This document shows positions 33,298-46,409 of a stretch of DNA of 64,000 nt, piece by piece. The position numbers and the translations under genes are program-made. Source of the stretch: Hyaloraphidium curvatum SAG 235-1. Taxonomy: Eukaryota; Fungi; Monoblepharomycota. The notes under the pieces are model-generated. The model made no database searches, was not told where the DNA came from, and saw only the letters and a program-made list of their open reading frames with translations. Within the stretch, counting starts at the first letter, position 1; each line of letters opens with the position of its first letter. The DNA is taken from assembly GCA_025558095.1 (NCBI GenBank), contig JAIVFI010000031.1, forward strand, positions 62,001-126,000. The letters are read 5' to 3'.

Positions 33298-35324
33298 TCA
33301 CGCCCTCAGCCCCACCGCCGCATCCGGCATCCCCCCCTCCCCCTCAAACACCCACCGCCCCTCCCCCCTCACCCCCGCGCGCCCGTACGCCGCCTCGGCC
33401 TCCTCCCTCGCCGCGGCCCCCGATTCGAGCAGGGCGTGCAGGAACCTCTCCTGCGCGACGACGTTGTTGTTTGGCCAGCGCCTCGCCATGGCGTTCATGC
33501 AGAGCAGGTTGGCGCCGATGTCGAGCTTGTTCTGGTCCATGGCGGCGTAGAGGGACGGGCTGGGGTACGCGAAGGCGACGTAGTTGTCGTGGAGGAAGTC
33601 ACGGATGGAGATGTTGCACAGCGTCTGCGGATGGGGAAAGGGAGGTCGGCATCCGGGAGAGCTTCGGAGGGAAAGCTGCGCATGCAACCCACCAGGCGGA
33701 AGACGAGCGGCGCCATGGTCGGCACGCACTTCTCCAGCAGCGGGTTGAGCTCGAACAGGTCCCTCACGAACTTCGTGGCCCCGTGCACGGTCCCCTCGAG
33801 CCCCACGGCCGCCAGCTCCTTCCCAACCTTGGCCCCGATCTGCCACATCGGCCCAGCCGCGCCGCGCTCGACGCCTTCCTCCATCATGCGCAGGCCGAGG
33901 CAGGTGCGCAGCTCGACGCGGAGGAGGGCGAGCAGGCCGAGGTAGAAGGCGCCCGCGGCGAAGGCGCCGTGGAAGCTGTGCGCGGTTTCGAGCGCGTTGA
34001 TGCATTCATGGGCGAGGTTGCGGGTGCAGGGGCGGGACGAGTCCCAGAGGGCGACCAGAGGCACGGGAAAGGCGCGGTAGATGTCGTCGAGGACCGAGGT
34101 GATGGCGGCGCGCTCGGTGCGAAGGGCGTGTAGCTCGAGCGGGGGAATGCGGAAATCGACGTCGTAGCTGTCGAGCTCCGCGGGGGATTTGAGGCCCGCG
34201 GCCAGGACCTGGCGCAGGAAGGCGTCCGTCTTCACGCGGGTGGCGTGGTACAGGAACTGCAGCCCGCCGCGCACACCGAGCACCCAGAGGGGAAGCTGGG
34301 AGACGGCGGCGATGCGCCGCGGGTCGTCGGGGGTAAGGTAGATCCAGCCGTTGATTTCCGAGGAGAGGGGAGTGTCGGAAGCGAAGCGGGCGTCCCAGAA
34401 GGGGTTGAGCGAGAGAAGCACCTCGTTACGGGCGGGAGGGGTGCGGCACGGGGTGATCCTCAGCTCCGGGGCGTTGTCACGCCCCGCCTCGCGCTTGAAG
34501 TCGCGCTTGACGCCGGCCAGGATGGCCAGCATCTCGCAGATCCTCGGCCCGGTGGCCCACTCGGCCCACTTATCGCGGAGCTCGGCTTTCTCGGCGGGGG
34601 ACAGGATGAGCTTCCGCGCCTCGCTCACCGACCTGACTTTGAGGTGATGGCAGAGCAGCTTGCTCCACGGCTGAGAGGCCTCGTGGGCCAGCCCAGTGCG
34701 CTGCACCCATTGGAGGGCAAGGAAAACGGCCTTGCCTCCAAACTCGAGCATTCCGTTGATGCCGGCCCACACGATGAGCAGCACAAGTCCGCCGATGTGG
34801 TCCTTCGTGGGCACTCGTCCGGAAGCGCCGAAGGCCAGCAGCTCGACCTCCAGCCGGGCATAGAGAGCCTTTTCGATCCTTGCCACCCGGCGCCGGTTAC
34901 TGAAGGCCGGGTCCCGCGAGTCGTGCGCCACACGCACCGCCGCGATGAGCGCCGGGTAGAAGGCGATGGGGTTCGCGGTCGCCCGGCGGTAGAAGTGGTT
35001 CCTGTCAAACACGGGGAAGACTATTTCCGAGTGCTCCATCAGCTCGGCGACCAGCCGCGCCCGGGGCCCGTCGCCGAAGCCGAGCTCGTCGAGCCGCACG
35101 CCGCCGTGGCGCGCCACGGGCAGCAGCAGCGGCGAGCCGGGGTCGCTCGCCGACGAGCCGCTCCAGCCCGACTCGGAGCCCGAGTCCAGCGAGTCGTCGG
35201 AGTCGCCGAGCGTGTCGTCCTCGTCGGAGAAGGGCGACCACAGGCCCGGCACGACGCCGGCGTCGTCGGCCGCCGCCCACGCGACCTCGCCGGCGAGCGT
35301 GCGCCGCACGATGCCCGCCACCAT
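33298..35324 (-). CDS. Helical protein resembling the fungal transcription-factor middle homology region; one intron near 33625-33695
   Basis: Long GC3-rich ORF with FPVFDRNHFY...ALIAAV and GLVLLIVWA...ALQWVQRTGL segments. No Zn2Cys6 cluster seen. Confidence 0.55.
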
Positions 35325-36620
35325 CGGGGCGGAGGCGTCGGAATGGAGTGCTGAAGGCCGCGGAACAAATTGCTTTTGGGTTAGCGGCCCCGGCACCGCC
35401 CCCCGGTCAGGCCGCATTCCGCAAGGACGGGGTGGGTCAAGGGACCCAACGAATGACGCCAACGCGTGTCCGCGAATCTCGCATCGGCGGCTTGGGGAAT
35501 AACTTGTGCAGACATGGCACACGCCCGCCGAGTTGCGGCTGGGAACCCGATGCGTCGGACATGCGCGGAAAGGGGCACGCGACCTCCGCACTCGCCGCCA
35601 CCTTCACGCTGAAAACCCCCGGCCAAAAGCGAAGCGCCCGGGGCATCCGCTATTCTTCGCAGCCTCCGACCGACGTAGTCTTACCGTCCGGTCACTTTCC
35701 GAACGCATTTTGTGGTCCGCGACCGGGATCCACGCCGGGACCGCGTGTTCGCCAAGAGCGGCCACGGTGGCTTCTCCCCCACCTTTCCGCCGGCGCCCGC
35801 CGCCGGCGGGAAGCCACAAAACCTAGCCGCTGACGGGCATCGGATTACCGTCAGCATCAGCTCGGGAGACAGCGTCGCTCTTTTCCTTCCCTTGTCAAAG
35901 CCGCGGGCTCCGGCCAGGACGCACCGCGCCGCCGCGACCGACGGCGGCACCGATGGCCGCTCGAACCCTGCGGCCGACCCAAGGCGGCAACCTCCCGCCA
36001 GCCCGGCGCAACGTCGCACCGCCATCCCGATGGCAAGCCGCCGGATGGGAGGATGGTGAGCTTCCCCCGGCCCGTGATATACCGCCCGAAGCTAGTCTGG
36101 CACGTGGCCGCACTCGCGCCTTTGCCGTCTTCCACCCGTCTCCCACCCGGCACAAACGCCGAATGGAGCCAATCCCGTCGTCCGCTGCCGAAACGCGCAC
36201 TGCATCCGTCCTTGTCGCAAAACCCGTTTGCCAGCAACGGCGGCGGCCGCCCCGGAGTTCCACGCGCGGCCGAAGGGGAAAAATGGTGTGCGGCACTTTC
36301 GCCGCTGAAAAGCCCGGGCGAAGGGGGACGGACCGCCATACGCGAACACGCAGTGAAGGCCGCGAAAGGACATTACTACGTGCCGCCGGCGCGGATTGTC
36401 GAGGTGTGGTACGCCCGGGGTTCTCGGCGCGGGGGCAGCGTGCCATCGTTGCGCCGCCCATCCTTCTGCGGTCTGATGCAGATGTTGGATTAGCATCGCT
36501 AACGGACGAATCGGCTTCGAAAGCAAAGAGAGATTCGCTCTTCGGTAGGCGGCCGGGGACTGGGGTGCTTGCCAGGAAACGGGAGGCGGATGTGCATGTA
36601 CTGCGGCACGCACGCCTCGC

Positions 36621-36965
36621 TCAGACCCCGCACACGGTCCCCAGCACCACCCCCACGCCGTTCCCCCTCGCGATGCTCCACGCGCCGAACACCACCGTGA
36701 GCGCGCCCGCCGCCGCCGCCCTGAGGGAACCGAACGACACGGGCCCGCCAAACACCCTCGCGCGCAGCCGTTCCGCGCGCGCGAAGCCGGCGGGAAGGTC
36801 CGCGGCGCCACGCAGCGCGTCCGCGTCGGGGCGCGGGGAGCGGGAGAGCAGCAGCCGGATGCGCTGCTCGGCGACGAGGTACAGCTCCGTCACCTTTTCG
36901 ATCTGCAGGTTGGCCGCGGCGTTGAGCGCGAGGTCGCACCCCGTCGCGGCGAGGCAGACGGCCAG
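36621..36965 (-). pseudogene. C-terminal remnant of another member of the 29082 multi-TM family
   Basis: AAANLQI...ARVFGGPVSFGSLRAAAAGALTVVFGAWSIARGNGVGVVLGTVC aligns by eye to AASNARI...ARFLGFEVTYGALRALVATLLTVGFALWGMLRGLGVTVVLESYC. Confidence 0.7.
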
Positions 36966-37297
36966 CTTGGAATCTCCCCTCAGCTCCGTCCGCGTACAGA
37001 AATCAATTCCCAAAATCCGATTCTACAGCAGCTTCACACGAGGAGAGCACAAGGGTTGCGGCGGCGGAGTGGGAGGGCCGACGCGTGACGGGCCGTGACG
37101 CGAAAGATAAACAACGCGTCGTTCACCTTACACGGCCACACTTGAGACCGCCGTCTCTCGCGGAAAGCTACCAGAAGACCGGATTTTATCGCTCCTCGAT
37201 CTTCCCGACGAGGTTAACGCCGTGTGCTCCCGGATTTAGGACCGCGTTAGAATCCCACCCCGGAGCTCGGCGTCCCGGTCTCGTTGCGCGGCCGCCG

Positions 37298-38805
37298 ATG
37301 GAGCCAATTTCGGAAGCATTCTTCCGCGCATGCCAGCAGGGCAACGCGGCACGCGTCGGCGAGCTGCTGCGGACGCCCGGCGTGGACGTCAACCGGAAGG
37401 ACCCCGATGGGCGGACGGGGTTCAGGATGGCGTGCCAATGCCGCCACGCAGATGTCGTCCGGCTCCTGCTGGCGGACGGGAGGGCGGACGTCAACATGGC
37501 GGACGAAGGCGGGGCGACGGCCTTCTACGTGGCATGCAGCCAAGGGGACGTTGACCTCGTCGCCATCCTCCTCCACGACCGGAGGGTCGATGTGAACGCG
37601 GCGGACAGGAACGGAGCCACCGGGTTCTACTTGGCGTGCCAAAACGGGGACCTCGCCCTCGTTCGGGTCCTCATCGCCGACCCCAGGGTCCAGGTCAACC
37701 TCAAGGACGGCAACGGTGCCACGGCCTTCTATGTCGCCTCCGCGGGCGGCAAGGCGGACGTGGTCCGCCTCCTCCTCGGCTGCAGCCGGGTGGACATCAG
37801 CATCGCGGACGGCAACGGTGCCACCGGGCTGGAGGTGGCCCGGGCTTTCGGGCGGGACGACGTCGTGCTCGCCATCGAGCGGGCGATGGACGCGTGGCAG
37901 GCCCGGGCAAAGGCCGCGCCGGCCATTTCGCGGCCGACGAGCTCCTTCTTGGCGGACGAAGCCGACGTGGACATCGACCTTGCCGCGCCCCTCGGGACGG
38001 GGTATTTCGGCACCGCGTACCGCGGAACGTGCTTCGGGATGGCCGTCGCGGTGAAGGTGATCAACGTGGATCGCTTCGGCCCCGAAAGGGCGAGGCAGGC
38101 GCTCGAAGACGAGGTCAAGGTGTGGCTCGGCCTGCCTCACCACGACAACAGTGGGTGGAGCCTTCGCAAAGCTCCGCGGTTACGGACTGACGGAGACCAT
38201 CCGCCCAGTTTGCCCGCTCACAGGCTACAGGTTCGATCCTACCTACCTCGTGACCAAGCTCTGCCAAGGCAAGAACATGACTGACTACCTAGAGGCAAAA
38301 TCCTGGGACCGTGACCTGGCCGTCCGGCTCCTCCGAGACACGGCGGCGGGCCTGGCCTTCCTCCACGCCAAAGGTGTCATCCACAAGGACCTCAAAGCCC
38401 AGAACGTCCTCGTCGATCTCCGCGGCGGCGAAGCTGTGGCCATGATCGCGGACTTTGGCCTGGCCAATGTCCGCAGATCCCTGCAGGCCACCCCGGACGG
38501 CGTCCCTTCGAGCTACGAAGGCCCCGGCGTCGTTCGGTATGCTGTGCTACCAGTGTTTCGCCCGCGAAGCTCCGTTCAATGACACGCGGCCCGAGGCGGT
38601 CGGCGTCAGGATATGCCGCGGAGAACGCCCGCAGCGGCCCTACGACGTCCCGGACGCGCTGTGGAGGATGATGCAGCTCTGCTGGGAACCCGACCCGGCG
38701 AGGCGGCCCGCCGCGACGCAGCTGCTGCAGGTGCTGCAGAAGCTGGCGCAGGGCGAGGACTCGGCCGCCTTGGCCCTCGCCAAATCCTTCGGTGGCGGCC
38801 GATGA
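37298..38805 (+). pseudogene. Ankyrin-repeat and TKL-type protein kinase gene, disrupted near 38525 (subdomain VIII-IX missing, frameshift)
   Basis: 5-6 ankyrin repeats, LGTGYFG, VAVK, HKDLKAQN and DFG. The intron starts at 38151. No APE motif. The C-lobe (SFGMLCY...CWEPDPARRP) is in another frame. Confidence 0.75.
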
Positions 38806-38873
38806 GTTGATGGCATGGGGAAGTAGAAGTGATTGACCGATCGCGTACTCCAGTATCTCGCCGACGATGCTCT

Positions 38874-40393
38874 TTAGCCACTCATTCCCGCAGCCGCCCT
38901 CCTGCCCATCGCCCTCGACCTGTCCGACATCGCGACGCAATCCTGCCTGTGCACCGGCCAATGCTGCACCTGACTGCGCCGGCAACGATGCTCAACTGAT
39001 TGAACAGATAAAGCCCAAAGCGTGTCGGACCCACCATTCCCTCGAGCAGTATCTCGCGCTCTTGCACCGCGAGCACCTGAGCATACCGAACCGAGCCACT
39101 CCGCACGATTTGCAGGCATCCGAAGGCGACACCGGTTGCACGTGCTCGCTGAGCCACCTCTTGATCCTCTCAACGGTGTTGCGAAGCAATTCGCGCGCCT
39201 CCGGCGGAAGGGTGTCGTTGAACTCGAGCTCGCTTTTGATCCCCATCGCTTCTTGGTAAGCCCGTTGGGCCTCGGGGTTTGATTCAATCTTCCCCGTATC
39301 GGAGTCGATCGTGAGACTGGCCATCAGCTGCGCCGTGACCTTGTTGACGAGATCCTGGATTGCATCCATTCGGTAGCCGCTCGTGTAGATCGGAAGCGGC
39401 CCGTGGCCGCCACTGGAAGCAGCGATCTTGATGATCTTCTTGAGTGAGGCGAGCTGCGCCTCGTGTACAGGCTGAATTCTTGCCCGCTGCAGAGGCCATC
39501 CCTCATCAGCAGTGGAATGCAAGGTTTCAAGGAATGCTCACCACGTTGGATGCGAGATTCGGATCCACTGTTCGCTTTGAGTCCTCGCTCAGTATCTCCA
39601 GGAAGGTATGGCCGTCAGCTGGAACTAGGCCATTTGGCAGCGAAGATCGGAATCGGCTTTCGAGCATCGTCTTCGCAAGCTTCCTCGAAGCGAGGCGGTC
39701 CTCTTCCACACCGGTCTGGATCCGGGTTGACAGAGTCCGGCCGCACAGGTCCGCTAGAGCGCTGCCGTGGGACTGGTAGCCGGTGAAGCGCGTCCGGACG
39801 AAGTCGAGTGCGGTGCCTGCCAGTGGGGCATCGCCGCTGTAGCAGGAGATCTCTCCCAAGTAGCCACCGTCCGTGGCGTAAACAGCCTCCCACACCGATT
39901 GGCACGCCGCAATGGCTCGCGCACCGACAGGATACCGAGAAGCTTCCAGGAGGACGCTGACTGCGAGCTCGCACTCGGCCTCGGTGTGCACGTCCTTAGG
40001 GCCTTCCTTGTCCCAAACCTGGCAGCTGTCGCCGTGCACGAGCACAATATCCGTCAGCTCCTTTTTGGCCAGCCACATGTCTTGGAACGAGAAGGTGAGA
40101 AAGCGGGGCACTATCTCCAGAAGCCCGGCGCCGAGCGCGTCCTGCGTCGTTTCCACCCCGGTGCGGAGCTTCTGCGCGAGTTCCCACATAATCTCCATTG
40201 GAAGTGCCGGAAGCCCGCCGTCCTTGTTTGGGGCCGCCAGGGACGGCTGTAGCGTGAGCGGAATGGCCTTGAGCAGCTTCTCGCCGTCCAAGAAGGGTGC
40301 TTTCCACTCCTGGCGGTACTTCCACCAGCGCCCGAGCTCCTTCACCATCGTCCCCGCGTCCACCTGGTCTTTTAGGCTGATGACGGCGGTCAT
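38874..40393 (-). CDS. MYND-type zinc finger protein, 2 introns
   Basis: Spliced CKSC...LRCSRCKSARYCSREC|QVQHWPVHRQDC. Confidence 0.8.
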
Positions 40394-40677
40394 TTTCGGG
40401 GCAGCGCGCCTCTTCTCACGACGCCTCTGAGATTGTTGATTTGTTCGATTCACCCAAGTGGCCAAGCGCAAGTCACTAGCTTCCAGGCCCCAGTTGCATC
40501 ACCAAGGTTGAAACCTGTGAAGGGGGACATTCATTAAGAAAATCTATAGAACCGCCGTGTCGATAGCTGACCATAACGGATCCTTCCGATCCGCGAAGCA
40601 GGCTCCTCAAGTACGCGCACCCATCCACTAGTCAGTACGTCAGCCCCAAAACTAGCCCAGCGATTGTTCCGGACTGC

Positions 40678-43600
40678 TCAGGCAGCAAAAGCGACCTCCC
40701 TGCGCACCGCTCGCGCCCCAGCCTCCCCCCCGGGCGACAGCACGAGCTCCGTCACAAACTCGGCACCCGACGGCAGCACGAACTCCGCGTCCACGCTCGG
40801 CGACCACGAGTCGTGCCCTCCGACACCCATCATCCGCGAGTCCACGTGCACAAACACCTTGTCGGGGTCGGTGACGAGCTCCCAGTCGTGCCTGGCCTTT
40901 TCCAGCACCGCCAAGGGGTACGGCAGCGCCGAGAAGCCATACCCGTCGCGCAGCGCCGCGTCCCGCGCGGCGCATGCGATCCCCAGCCTGCCCGCGGGCC
41001 CTGACAGCGCGGCCCAACGCATCCCGGCCCGCCATCCGCACTCGGAGGGGTAGATGTACGGTTCGTAGAGCCCCTCGGGGGTGCTCACCCATATACCCTT
41101 GCGAACCGCGGACACGCGGTCGGGGTAGGCCTCGTACGGCCCCAGACCGGCCCAGGTGACGGCCGTTGCGGCGGCCTTGGGCACCGCAAAGGCGACTCCG
41201 GCGCGCGGGAGCGGGGGCAGGTGCGCCGGGGGCGACACAATGGAGGAGACGCGAAGGTCGCCGTTGGCGAGGAACTGGTAGGTGACTGTGCATGGAATAG
41301 CCTCGCCCGCGAGCGCGACGCCCTCAGGGGCCACGAGATCAAACGCCACCTTGACGACCGCGCCGCCGTCGAATGCTTCGGCGGATGCGATCGCGCTGCT
41401 GTCCTTGCCGCGGCCCTTGCGGTCCATGTTGAAGATGCCCAGCGCCTTCCAGCGCGCGGCGTACGACAGCGGCCCGCCGCCGAGGTCGTTGTCGGTGGAC
41501 GCGCGCGCGATGCAGACGTCCAGGGGGCCGGCGAGGAGCTCGGTGCCGGCAGCCGTCTTCCACGAGAGGAGGCGGCCGCATGCCGTTCCGATTTCCGCCG
41601 AGCTCCCGTCCGCGAGGCGGACCTCGAGCTTGTCCTGCCCCCCCATCAGCTGCGCGTCCGCCTTGGGAGCCTGCTGCGCCTCGCCGTGTGCAATGTGGGC
41701 GGCGACGAAGGCCGCCACCGCCTCGTTCAGCTCCGCCACGTCGAGCGATACCCTGCAGATCTCGGTCCCCTGCGGCACAAAAACCGTGCCCTCCCTGGTC
41801 TCGGCGAGCACCTCAACCCATGCCTCGCCCAGCTTCCCTGCATCCTCCCCCGACATCCCCAGCAGGGCCGAAAGCGCCGCCGGGTCGCCTGCCACGGCTG
41901 AGCTCCACCTTGACCACAGCCTCCCGAGCGCAAACGTCTTCTCGCCCTGCGCCTCGATATCCCCGGCGCCCTGCAGCTCCGCCCACTCCCCACCCTGATC
42001 CTTTTCAGCATCGCACGCGCACCTGGCCCTGATCCGGAGGTCGGCCAGGGTCTCAAAGTCCCTCCAGCTCTTGATCACGATCGCACCGCCCTTGACGCTC
42101 GCCCCGACAGGGCTCTGGATGCCCCACGCCTCCCTTGCCGACGGGTGGGGCACCCTGTCGGGCCCGAGGATCCCGTTGACGCAGAACTGTCCCGAATTCG
42201 GCACGTCCCCAAAGTCCCCGCCGTACCCGTACGCCTTCCTCCCGTCCCGCGGGAACTTGTCCGGGAGGTTGGGCAAACCGGGCTCCATGAGCAGCGCCTG
42301 GTCCACCATGTCCCAGATGTACCCGCCCTGCATCCTGGTCCTTTCGCGCTGCCGGAACATGCGCCAGTAGGACTGCATGCAGCCGCCCGAGTTGCCCATA
42401 GCGTGCGCGTACTCGCACAGCACGAGCGGGCGGCCGCGCGGGTCGGTGTCGATGTGCGACTGGCACTGCGGAGGGCGGTTGTACATCGGGACGATGAGGT
42501 CGGTGGCGCTGTTGAGCACGCCTCCGGATTCGTACCTACGATGAATTGCGAAGGTCAGGATCACACGCGAGTTGAGCAGCGAAGAGGGCACGTACTGCAC
42601 CGGCCTCCTCCCCCCGTCCCTCGCCCTCAGCCAATCCGCCGCATCCTGCACGTTCCTCCCCATCCCGCTCTCGTTCCCCACGCTCCACCCGATCACGCAC
42701 GGATGGTTGCTCTCCCTCGCCCACATCCTCGCGCATCGCGCCAGGTAGCCGTTCCTCCACTCGGGGTTGTCCGAGAGCACCCCGGCGGGCTGGCTGACCG
42801 CCTGGAACCCGTGCGTCTCGATGTCCCCCTCGACGCAGAGGTATATCCCCGCCTGGTCGCACAGCTCCGCGAGGAGGGGGTGGGAGGGGTAGTGCGCGGT
42901 GCGGATGCCGTTGATGTTGAGCGCGCGGAGGGTGCGGACGTCGTCGAGCATGATCTGGAGGGAGAGGGCGCGGCCGAGGGTGGGGTGGATTTCGGGGCGG
43001 TTGACGCCACCGATGGTGATCGGTTTACCGTTGAGGGTGAGCATGCTTCGGGGGGGCGGCGTGATGAGGACGTCATTGAAGCCCACGCGCAGGGACTCGG
43101 CGTCCAGCGGCGAGGTGCCTGAGTCGGCGTCGGCGCGGGAGGAGTGTAGCGTGATGACGACAGTGTAGAGGTTGGGCGATTCGGCGGTCCAGGGCTTGGG
43201 GGAGGAGATGGCGATGGTGCCGCGGGCGCCCGAGGGCGATTCCAGATTGGAGGGCTCCGCTTCGCACGAGACGGGATCCCAGATGGCGCAGGCGGCGTCC
43301 CGGGCGGGGCTGGAGAGGTCGGTCTGCAGGTCGGCGACGGCCACAGCGAGCGGCGAAGAAGCGGAGGCGCCACCATCTGCTCCCTCGAACACCTCAACGC
43401 GCACGCAGTGCGTGCCCGGAGCAGCGCCCTCGCACAGGACCTCGAAGTCGATCTTGGCCCCGGCCAGCGTGGCGCGGGTGCGGTAGTCGGCGATGGCAGC
43501 CTTGGGCTTGTGCACCAGGTAGACCTCGCGGTAGATGCCCGAGAGCCACCACTTGTCCTGGTCCTCGAGGTACGACCCGTCGCACCATTTGAGCACCTCG

Positions 43601-44610
43601 ACGGCGAGCAGGTGCTCCTCCTTGGACCCGTCGAGAAGGTCCGTGACGTCGAACTCGGCGGCTAGCGCCGAGTCCTTGGAGAAGCCGGCGAAGTTGCCGT
43701 CGACCCAGGCTCGGAAACACGCGTCGACACCCTCGAAGACGAGCAGGATGCGGCCGTCGGCGGGGGACCAGCCCTCGGGCAGGGAAAAGGCGCGGCGGTA
43801 CAGGCCGGCCGGGCTGGGGCCGCGCTCGCGGGGGGCGCGGGCGACGAAGTCGTGGTCCATCCAGTCCTTGTGCTCCATGATTCCGCGGTCGTTGGGCTGA
43901 CAATTGGTGGCGGAACGATAGGAACGTAATCAGTCAGTCTCGGGGGAACTCAGACCCGCCCACTTCGGCCCCACCTGAGTGACAAACTTGCCCGTGCGCG
44001 CGGCGCGAGGCGGGTCCAAGTCAAAAGGATAAGAAGTGTTGGTGTAGATCGGGATATCGCGCTGCACGGCGGGCAGGCCCGACGAAGGGAGCTGCCAGTG
44101 CGACGGTACCAGTATCGGGGCGAAGCCTTCGGGCTGCAGGCCTTCGTAGACCACGGTGGCAGTCCTGGCATCGAAGCCGGGCTCGATCCAGCCCTGCGGC
44201 GCGTCGGCCGGGTCGCCGACCAGCAAGAAGTCCCAGCCGGGCGCGGGCTCGCCGGGCTCGCCGGTCAGGAGGAGCAGCTGCGGCGTGTGTTCACGCGGCA
44301 CCCGCGACGGGTCCTTCGAGAACGCCTCCCAGAACTTCCGAGCTTGCTCGGGGGTGCGAAAGGCGCGCAAAGGCGCGTGCGCCGGGCGGCGGCGCCTACC
44401 GGCAACTCTCGGATTTTCGGCATCGGGCGCGTCGGGCGCCGGCAGCGCGGGGAACGAATCGGCCAGCCGCCGCTCGAAGAACCGGAACGGCAGCCCCGGC
44501 GGCGCGAGCAGCCCGAGCAGGAGCCCCGCAAAGCGCTCGGCGAACGCCGTGCCGCGCGGCCCGTACAGGAACCGCAGCAGCACGGACGACAGCCAGTCGG
44601 TGAGGCCCAT
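40678..44610 (-). CDS. Glycoside hydrolase family 2 beta-galactosidase (LacZ-like), intron-containing
   Basis: PIYTN..YPF, FEGVD, YLEDQDKWWLSGIYREV, GVNR.E, RTAHYP, WSVGNESG (acid/base), LCEYAHAMGNS (nucleophile), GGYIWD and MGVGGHDSWS. Confidence 0.93.
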
Positions 44611-45219
44611 CGGTTCAACAACAGACGCGAGAATTCAGGGAACCGCTGTTTGGTCGGCACCCAGCGATGCGGGAAGATGGTTGACAGCGGATGCGCGGCG
44701 CGTCTCCCATGGTGCCGCCTGCCTCGTGCTCGATCGGCCCGTTCCACGCATCTGCAGCTTCATGACATGTCCAACGTTTAGTCCTGTCTCCGAGAACCTC
44801 GCACGCCGCGATGCGAGCGAGGAAGCGAGACGGAGAAACAGCGATCCCGGGTTCCAGCCAGCTGCCCACGGGGTCCACGGCACCTTCAGGCCCCGCAACC
44901 CACTCGGATCGACCGCAGAGATGGACGAGAAGGCGGCTCCGGAGACGACGGTTGCGATGCCTGGGCCTACCTCGCACCCGGCTCCTCTGTGCCGCAACCG
45001 CCGCCTTCAAGCCCTGCCACGGAACTGACGCCTCCCGCTCTTTTGCGCCCTAGAAAAGAAAGAACAACTGTGTATATGCCTTTGCTCCGAACGGCTGGTT
45101 GTCTGCTTGCTTTGGTTGGCAAGTCCCGTTGAATTGATTCACCGTTCAGTGTCACCGCCCCATCTTCCCCCAAACGCTTTCCCGGCCGGAACGCGACGCG
45201 CTCACGACGAGTCTACGAA

Positions 45220-46315
45220 ATGGCCAGCACTGTCGTATCGGCCACGTGCGCGCAGCCCGGTGCAGCGCAAGCGGACCTGCCGGCGGACGACACCGTTGAC
45301 GTGTCCTTCGTAAACGACCCCTCCCGCTTCCGCTACTTCCGGCACACCCTCCTCGCCAGCGTTCCGTCCTCTATCTTTGCGCTGCATTTCGGTCCGGGCG
45401 GGGTCAACTCCGGCAAGGCTTCGCTCCCGTCGGAATATCGCGTCGACAGAGACCCCGCTCTGTTCCGCAAGTTCGTTGACCCGACCCGTTCCTCCGCGCC
45501 CATCGCTGTCGATCGACGAAGTTGCCGCTCTGGAGCCGCGAACGGCCGCCATGCTGCGCGCCGATGCCGACTTCTACGGGCTCCCCGAAGACTTCCTGCC
45601 CGAGGTGCCCGAACGGCGGGTGCCTTCGATCCCCGGGGTGCGGATCGTGGACTTTCGCGAGGCGAAGGAGATCGTGGGAGCTCTCTTTTGGAGCTGGAAG
45701 CCTCTAATCGAGGAAGGCTCGACCGAGTGGACGCTCCAGCTCATGGAGAAGTTCCTGATTGCGGCCGAAAACACTTACCAGCTCGGCTACAATCTTCACT
45801 TTCACGATGCTTCCGACTCGGAAGAGGAAGAGGAATCATGCGGGTTCAAACCCCCGGCGGTCCTGCAGTCGGTCTCCAAGTTCGCGGAGCGTGAAGGCTT
45901 CCTTCGCCAGGACCCGGGCGAGGACGCTTTCTGGATCCACCTGCGGAAGTTTCTCCTCGACGCGAAAAAGGGAGGCTGCGAGCGGGTCGTTTTTCGTCAC
46001 CGGGCATTCATCCAAGGCAACGAAGTGCAGGGCAGGATGCTCTATGCTCTGCGGAACGGCCTCGCCGATCCCGATCTGCACATTGTGCCGTCGAGCTACC
46101 ACGAAATCGGAGAAAGAGGGAACTACAGCCACGTGGTAGTCGTCAAGGACCCTTTCCTTCACGTCGACGTGCTCGCCAACGCTTCCTCGCCCTCCAGCGG
46201 GAAAACGGCGCTCGTGATCGTTGACTACTTGGACGAGGCTACGGCGACGACACCGCGCGGGGTGTTTCCTCTATGGGGCAGGAATGAAGCGTGGCTCCGA
46301 GGGTTCGCTTCATGA
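45220..46315 (+). CDS. BTB/POZ (KCTD-T1-like) domain protein with an apparent frameshift near 45480
   Basis: TLLA...YRVDRDPALFR in one frame and LRADADFYGL in the next frame. Confidence 0.55.
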
Positions 46316-46409
46316 AGCACCGCTCCCGGCTGGGCTTTGCAACCATCTTCTGTGTCTTCTTTTGTACTGCTCTCGATCTTCGGTTTCCGAAATACATTCT
46401 CTAGCGACA

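Noticed and set aside
35330-36600. Several 100-380 aa ORFs in this interval
   Set aside because: No motifs or coding-like composition. Probably intergenic or decayed sequence.
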